Below are positions 59,002 through 64,000 of a DNA stretch of 64,000 nucleotides, one piece after another. The stretch covers positions 11,298 to 75,297 of the forward strand of contig CAITUV010000043.1 of assembly GCA_903895725.1 (NCBI GenBank), read 5' to 3'. The position numbers and the translations under genes were made by a program. The notes beneath the pieces were generated by a model, which was given only the letters and a program-made list of their open reading frames with translations, had not been told where the DNA came from and did no database searches. Every line of letters starts with the position of its first letter. The first letter of the stretch is position 1. This stretch comes from an uncultured Myxococcales bacterium (GTDB lineage: Bacteria > Myxococcota_A > UBA9042 > CAIXZC01).

Positions 59002-59907
59002 ATGACAGATGTTCTGGGGATCGACAGCTGGGTGCTCGATCAGGCGCTCGAGTTCCTTCCGGACGCAGCGTTGAGCTGCAACGAAGGGGGGCGGATCCTC
59101 GGCACCAACCGGGAAGCCACGGTCCTCCTCCGGAGGGAGGCGCGGGACTTGCACGGGATGGGGCTGGGCGTGTTCCTGCCCGCAGTGGCCGAGTGGGTGG
59201 AGTCAGACACATTTCTGGACATGGTCCGTTCGGGGGGGCTCGACTCTGAGCAGGAGCTGGTGGATGCGTCGGGCCGGGAGCACCTGGTATGGCTGCGGTC
59301 CAGACTCCTCGCCCGGAATCGCGAGGGAAACCGGTTCGTCCTGTTGACGGTCCGGGACATCACCAACCGGGTGCACACGGAGCAGCGCCTGCGCGAGATG
59401 GCGCTCACCGACGAGCTGACCGGACTGCACAACCGGCGCTACCTCGATTCGATACTCGACTTCGAAGTGGAGCGTGCCCGGCGTTACGGGTACATGCTGT
59501 GCTGCCTGTTTGCCGATCTGGACCGGTTCAAGCAGATCAACGATGAGCACGGGCACCACGTCGGGGATCTGGCGCTGAGGTTCGTTGCCGATCGCCTGCG
59601 GGTGGCCTGCCGCAAGCTGGACACGTTGGTGCGGTGGGGCGGGGATGAGTTCGTCGTGATAGCGCTCACCAAGGATATGGATGGTGCCCGCCGTCTGGTT
59701 GAGCGTGTCAACGAGGCCGTGTCGGCCACACCGCTTGATTTCAATGAGGGGACCGTCTCGCTCGGCCTGAGCAGCGGGGCATCGGTAGGCAATGTCGGCG
59801 TCGGCGAGTCTCCGTCCGCCATGCTGGAGCACGCCGACATTCTGCTTCGACAAGCCAAGGCTTCCGGCCGGGGACGGTGGCGGGTGGAGCTGTTCCGCGC
59901 GACCTGA
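59002..59907 (+). CDS. PAS-like sensor domain fused to GGDEF diguanylate cyclase
   Basis: ORF 58966..59907; ATG 59002 after GGGAGGCGG; GGDEF domain with RYLD...RWGGDEF. Confidence 0.8.
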   Translation: MTDVLGIDSWVLDQALEFLPDAALSCNEGGRILGTNREATVLLRREARDLHGMGLGVFLPAVAEWVESDTFLDMVRSGGLDSEQELVDASGREHLVWLRSRLLARNREGNRFVLLTVRDITNRVHTEQRLREMALTDELTGLHNRRYLDSILDFEVERARRYGYMLCCLFADLDRFKQINDEHGHHVGDLALRFVADRLRVACRKLDTLVRWGGDEFVVIALTKDMDGARRLVERVNEAVSATPLDFNEGTVSLGLSSGASVGNVGVGESPSAMLEHADILLRQAKASGRGRWRVELFRAT

Positions 59908-59951
59908 GGGGTCGACTGTCATCTCCGACACCATGGAGCGGGGGAGCGTCG

Positions 59952-62873
59952 ATGAGGACGCGGTTGCGATTGATTGCCGCTCTCATCGTCCTTCTGGTGG
60001 GAGCTCTACCTCTGGCGGAACCGATGATCGCTCTGGCCGGTCCACGTTCAGCTCAGGCCGGGGGGAAGAGGCCCGTCGCCTACCTCGACATCGAGGACCC
60101 CTACACCACGAGAAAGCCGTTGGACGGCTGTTTGAAGCGACTGGGCGTGGCTGCCGAGAGGCTCAAGCCGACAGGGTCGTTCGTTTCCGGGGGGGCCCGA
60201 GTGTTGCTCATCGGTTCCTTCGCCACGGGCAATTCCAAAGGGCGGCGGTTCATCCGGGAGAACGCTCGCCGGATTCGGGATTTCATCCTGGCCGGGGGAG
60301 TGGTGATCGAATTCGGTCAAAGCAGTGCGGACGAGTCGAGCCCACCCTGGCTGCCCGATGGGCTGGTCGCGCAGCGGTGCGCCCGGGATTGTACGACATC
60401 GGTGGTGCTGGACGGGAAGCACCCGCTCATGGATGGAGAGAAGCGGGTCGACATGGCGGCCCTGATGGGTGGGGAGGTGTTCAGGGGAGCCCGATACTAT
60501 GCTCCCAGCATTCTGGGCGGCACTGACCTGTTCTACCGGGTCGAAGGGCTCAACGCTGTCGTGGCGGAGCGTCGAAGCGGTGAGTTTCCGCTCGTGCTTG
60601 CCGGCCCGGCGGGAAAGGGGGGGGTGATCCTGCTTGCGGCGAGCCCGGATCTCCTTTGCGACAGCGGTACCCCCGAAACGGCCCGTGCCGAGGCCGAGGA
60701 CATGATGCGCAACCTGCTTGCGGTCGCTCTGGAGAGCAGGTTCTCCGAGGGGGGAGTGCCGGCGAGGAGCATTGCGGTCGGCAGAGCTCGCTCCCGGGTG
60801 ACGGTGTACCATGATCGGGATGGCGATGGTCGGCGGGATCCGGGCGAGGAGGGGCTTCCCGACAGCGTGGTCACGTACGACTTCGAAGACCGACGAACGG
60901 ATGGCGACGGCCGTGCCGAGATTGAGGTGGACCCGCTCAATCCGGGGCTGGTCTTCGTCCGAATCCCCGACGGATGGGACGGCAAGCGGTGGTACGCGGA
61001 TGCGGCCGGTCCCGGGCCGTTCGAGTTCGGCCTTCAGCCACTGGCCTCCAAGGGGAGGCTCGGTGCCACCGTGCTGCAACTGACCGATACCCATCTGGGC
61101 CGGATCGACCTCGCCGAGGATGCCCGGATGCTCGAGCAATTCGTTGGGGAGTTGGGGCGGCGGGTCACGGGGGCTTCGACTCCGGAGACAGCCACTGGGG
61201 GCACGGGCGGAGCAAAGCTGTTCGCCTTCACCGGAGACCTGACGCACACCGGCAGCATGGCCGAGCTCAAGGCGTTTCGAGCAGCGCTCGTCGAGCTACA
61301 GGGGCCGGGGATGTACGTCATGGGGAACCATGACTGGGGGAGCGGCCCCGACAAGGGGCGGTTGTTCCGGCACGTCCTGGGACCATCGCACTTCACGCGG
61401 GAGTGGCAGGGGTATCTGCTGGTGTCGGTGCCACGCATCGAGACGCACCCGAGAGCACGCAGCTGGCTGGAGCAGACCGTAGCCAGCTCACGGCTTCCCG
61501 TGTTGTTCCTGGTCCACTACTTCCCGACTCGCCCGGGATTCGATTCCCTGCAGTCGGGACGGGTGACGGGCGTGCTGAGCGGTCACTGGCACGGCGACAT
61601 GGTTTCGGTGCGCAACGGGGTGGTGAACATCAACTCGCCGCCCTCCCTCATGGGAGGGTGGGATTTCTCTCCCGGGAGCGCCCGGGTGGTTCGACTTGAC
61701 GAGGGTGGGATTTCCAGGGCCGACCTGGTCCCGATGCGAAGAACGCTCGGGGCTGGAGGGAAGGCCGGGGAGAACGGGGCTGGAGGGAAGGCCGGGGAGA
61801 GGGCGAGCTGCCTGCCGACCTGGGCCTCCAGCGTTCCAGGCAGGGTACTGCTGGCGTCTCCACTTGTTGCGGGGGAACGGCTTCTTGTCCCCTTCCGATC
61901 TGCCGGGACGGTTGGAGGGGATGGGGGCATCTGCGCGTTCTCACGCGCATCGGGGAGCACGGAATGGTGCCTGTCCACGCCGACCGGGGTCGCAAACGAC
62001 CTGGCCGTTTCAGGCAAGACCGTTCTGGTTGCCGAGGTCGACGGCTCCCTGCAGGGGGTGGATGTCACCGACGGAAGCGTGCGTTGGCGGACTCGGCTGG
62101 ACGGTTCGGTGAAGGCCCGCTATGTGGAGCATTACGTTCATTCAGGAGCTGCGATGAAGAAGGGGGTGGCCTACTTCTGCTACCAGGGCGGCCCCTTCGG
62201 AGTGGACGCAGGCTCCGGGCGCATCGTGTGGACGGCGGAGGCCTATGGCGGTCTGGATGCCTTCGCCCACGCTCGGGGCGTGGTGATCGGTGACTACCTG
62301 TATTGTGGTGCATTCCTGGGAGGAGTCTACCGATTTCGTCTGGGAGGGGCCGGACCTGGGCGCCGGGAGCGGCTGATCGAAGGGAACGTGACCGCGGACC
62401 TGTCGACCCGCGGCGGGTTGTCCGTGCTGACGCGAGATGCCCTTCTCGAGTTGAATCCTCTGACCGGCAAGGTGGAGAGCAGCGCCCGCATCGACTACGC
62501 CATCCTTCCGGCCGGAATCGCATGGGGGGACTTCGGACCGTTCGTTCCGGATGGCAGCCGAGGTCTCCGTCGCCTGGGTGCGAGGAACGGCGGCAAGGCG
62601 TGGAAGGTAGCGCTGGGGCAGGGGGAACTCTCGTTTGCCCTGAACCTCAGGGATTCCTCAGGTCCGATTGGCTCTCCCGTAGCGCTGGGCAAGAAGCTGG
62701 TCGTTCCAGGTGCCGACGGTCTCCTGCGGATTCTGGCGGCCCGGACAGGGGAAGAATCCGTGCGGTTCGATGCCGGCGGCCCCCTGGTCTCCACTCCGGC
62801 GATCCATTCAGGCACGGCCTACGTGGCCACCTACTTCGGGAAGGTTCTTGCCGTTCCTCTCGCCAGTGACTGA
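59952..62873 (+). CDS. secreted multidomain protein: N-terminal domain of unknown family, calcineurin-like metallophosphoesterase, C-terminal PQQ/BamB-like beta-propeller
   Basis: ORF 59877..62873; ATG 59952; signal peptide MRTRLRLIAALIVLLVGALPLAEP; phosphoesterase motifs LQLTDTHLG, FTGDLTHTG, MGNHDWG, SGHWHGD; C-terminal repeated G-x-V-x-D-G-S / W blades. Confidence 0.75.
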   Translation: MRTRLRLIAALIVLLVGALPLAEPMIALAGPRSAQAGGKRPVAYLDIEDPYTTRKPLDGCLKRLGVAAERLKPTGSFVSGGARVLLIGSFATGNSKGRRFIRENARRIRDFILAGGVVIEFGQSSADESSPPWLPDGLVAQRCARDCTTSVVLDGKHPLMDGEKRVDMAALMGGEVFRGARYYAPSILGGTDLFYRVEGLNAVVAERRSGEFPLVLAGPAGKGGVILLAASPDLLCDSGTPETARAEAEDMMRNLLAVALESRFSEGGVPARSIAVGRARSRVTVYHDRDGDGRRDPGEEGLPDSVVTYDFEDRRTDGDGRAEIEVDPLNPGLVFVRIPDGWDGKRWYADAAGPGPFEFGLQPLASKGRLGATVLQLTDTHLGRIDLAEDARMLEQFVGELGRRVTGASTPETATGGTGGAKLFAFTGDLTHTGSMAELKAFRAALVELQGPGMYVMGNHDWGSGPDKGRLFRHVLGPSHFTREWQGYLLVSVPRIETHPRARSWLEQTVASSRLPVLFLVHYFPTRPGFDSLQSGRVTGVLSGHWHGDMVSVRNGVVNINSPPSLMGGWDFSPGSARVVRLDEGGISRADLVPMRRTLGAGGKAGENGAGGKAGERASCLPTWASSVPGRVLLASPLVAGERLLVPFRSAGTVGGDGGICAFSRASGSTEWCLSTPTGVANDLAVSGKTVLVAEVDGSLQGVDVTDGSVRWRTRLDGSVKARYVEHYVHSGAAMKKGVAYFCYQGGPFGVDAGSGRIVWTAEAYGGLDAFAHARGVVIGDYLYCGAFLGGVYRFRLGGAGPGRRERLIEGNVTADLSTRGGLSVLTRDALLELNPLTGKVESSARIDYAILPAGIAWGDFGPFVPDGSRGLRRLGARNGGKAWKVALGQGELSFALNLRDSSGPIGSPVALGKKLVVPGADGLLRILAARTGEESVRFDAGGPLVSTPAIHSGTAYVATYFGKVLAVPLASD
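61749..61802. repeat. 27-bp tandem duplication x2 (coding)
   Basis: ggggctggagggaaggccggggagaac / ...gag encoding GAGGKAGE(N/R) twice, in the linker between the phosphoesterase and propeller domains. Confidence 0.7.
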
Positions 62874-62980
62874 GCGCAAACGTCCAGCTTGGCGAACATC
62901 CCGGGCGACAGCGTCAGGCGTCGGAGGCCGGGCGCTCGCTCGCCGAGCCGACGGTGTCCGGCAAGACGGGGCCCCAGGGT

Positions 62981-64000
62981 CTACTGGTGGGCCCTGAGGG
63001 GGCGGCGACGTACGGCAACAAGCGCCAGGGCGAGGAAGAGCAGGAGTGCCGGCCCGGCCGAGGGAGTGGCGGAGGCGGAGCAACCGTCCCCCTTCTTCTT
63101 ACCGGGCTGAAGGGTGATGTCTCCATCTTCGGCATCATCGCTGATCTCGCCACCTGCCACCTCATCGCCGCCGAGGTCGGGAGTGACGGTGTCATGCTGC
63201 TGGACATCGGGTATCACGGTCGTCTCATTGGCGATTTCGTCGCCCGGTGTCCAGTCCTCGCCGGCTCCGTCGGGGGGCAGCACGACATCGGGCTGTGCGA
63301 CCTCCTCGCCGACGTCGACCGGGGAGACGATCTCCTCCGACTGCTCGACCACGTCGGGCTCCTCTTCCACCGGGATGTCGGTGCATTCACCGAGCACGCA
63401 CCAGGTTCCGGACGGGCACTTCTTGGGGGCGCCGGCGCAGCCGTTCTGGGAGCAGGAATCCTCGATGGTGCAGGGGTCGCCGTCATCGCACGGTCCCGTG
63501 GTCGGGACCGGCACGCACTCCCCTTCCTGGCACTCGCCGGTGATGCAGGTGCCGACGATGCCCGAGCAATCCTTGGGCTCGCCGCCAGCGCACAGGCCGT
63601 CCTGGCAGATTTCACCTTCCGTGCAGGGGTCACCGTCATCACAGGGGCCCAGAATCGGTTTTCCGTAGCAGACGCCCTGGATGCAGGCCGGCTTCACGCA
63701 GGGACCGGCGACAAACTCCGAGCAGTCCTTGGGGCTTCCCTGGCACTGGCCATCCACGCAGACGTCATTGTCGGTGCAGGGGTCACCGTCATTGCAGGGC
63801 CCCTCGACCGGGGCAGGCTGGCAGACGCCGTCCACGCAAACGCCAGCGAAGCAGCCGGCGTTGAGCTGGGAGCAGTCCATGGGAGTGCCCTGGCAGGAGC
63901 CGGCGACGCACTTGTCGTCGGTAGTGCAGGAATCGGAATCGTCGCAGACCGCCTCGATGGGGGCTGCCACGCACAGCCCTGCTTCGCACACGCCCACGAC
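62981..64000 (-). CDS. cysteine-rich repeat protein with MYXO-CTERM-like tail (5' end beyond the window)
   Basis: ORF 62981..63997 continues off the window; repeats GPCxDGDPCTxxDxCxxGxCxGxPKDCS; C-terminal GDGCSASATPSAGPALLLFLALALVAVRRRPLRAHQ. Confidence 0.7.
   Translation of the reverse strand, partial: VVGVCEAGLCVAAPIEAVCDDSDSCTTDDKCVAGSCQGTPMDCSQLNAGCFAGVCVDGVCQPAPVEGPCNDGDPCTDNDVCVDGQCQGSPKDCSEFVAGPCVKPACIQGVCYGKPILGPCDDGDPCTEGEICQDGLCAGGEPKDCSGIVGTCITGECQEGECVPVPTTGPCDDGDPCTIEDSCSQNGCAGAPKKCPSGTWCVLGECTDIPVEEEPDVVEQSEEIVSPVDVGEEVAQPDVVLPPDGAGEDWTPGDEIANETTVIPDVQQHDTVTPDLGGDEVAGGEISDDAEDGDITLQPGKKKGDGCSASATPSAGPALLLFLALALVAVRRRPLRAHQ

Overview
This 64-kb window is a visibly GC-rich bacterial chromosomal segment whose content points to Myxococcota: MYXO-CTERM-like C-terminal tails, Myxococcus-type cysteine-rich repeats and many predicted lipoproteins. 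All calls are from reading the sequence and the supplied ORF track; no database search was run, and family names are from motif recognition by memory. A conserved housekeeping backbone (lolA-rimO, an ABC-F ATPase, a five-tRNA array, tig-clpP-clpX-lon, ugd, uvrA, tgt) is interleaved with lineage-specific secreted and surface genes. The most striking are: (1) a 14.2-kb single gene for a ~4,734-aa lipoprotein built from more than 100 degenerate Dictyostelium-type CTDC cysteine repeats plus Myxococcus cysteine-rich repeats; (2) a minus-strand four-gene operon with ATGA start/stop overlaps at all three junctions (UbiA-family prenyltransferase, small lipoprotein, secreted GH84 glycosidase with the DD catalytic pair, secreted archaemetzincin-type zinc peptidase); (3) an agmatine/peptidylarginine-deiminase-family enzyme carrying a signal peptide, a Cys-rich domain and a MYXO-CTERM-like tail; (4) a cysteine-rich tandem-repeat lipoprotein (about ten CGxDGCGGxCGxC modules); (5) two in-frame tandem repeat arrays (9 bp x10, 21 bp x5) inside one ORF. 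There are also three c-di-GMP signalling proteins (PilZ, REC-GGDEF, PAS-GGDEF) and several short repeat-element families sitting at gene 3' ends. No CRISPR array, integrase or transposase was seen. Start codons marked uncertain were chosen by RBS and signal-peptide logic. The long antisense ORFs in the track are artefacts of GC-rich coding sequence.
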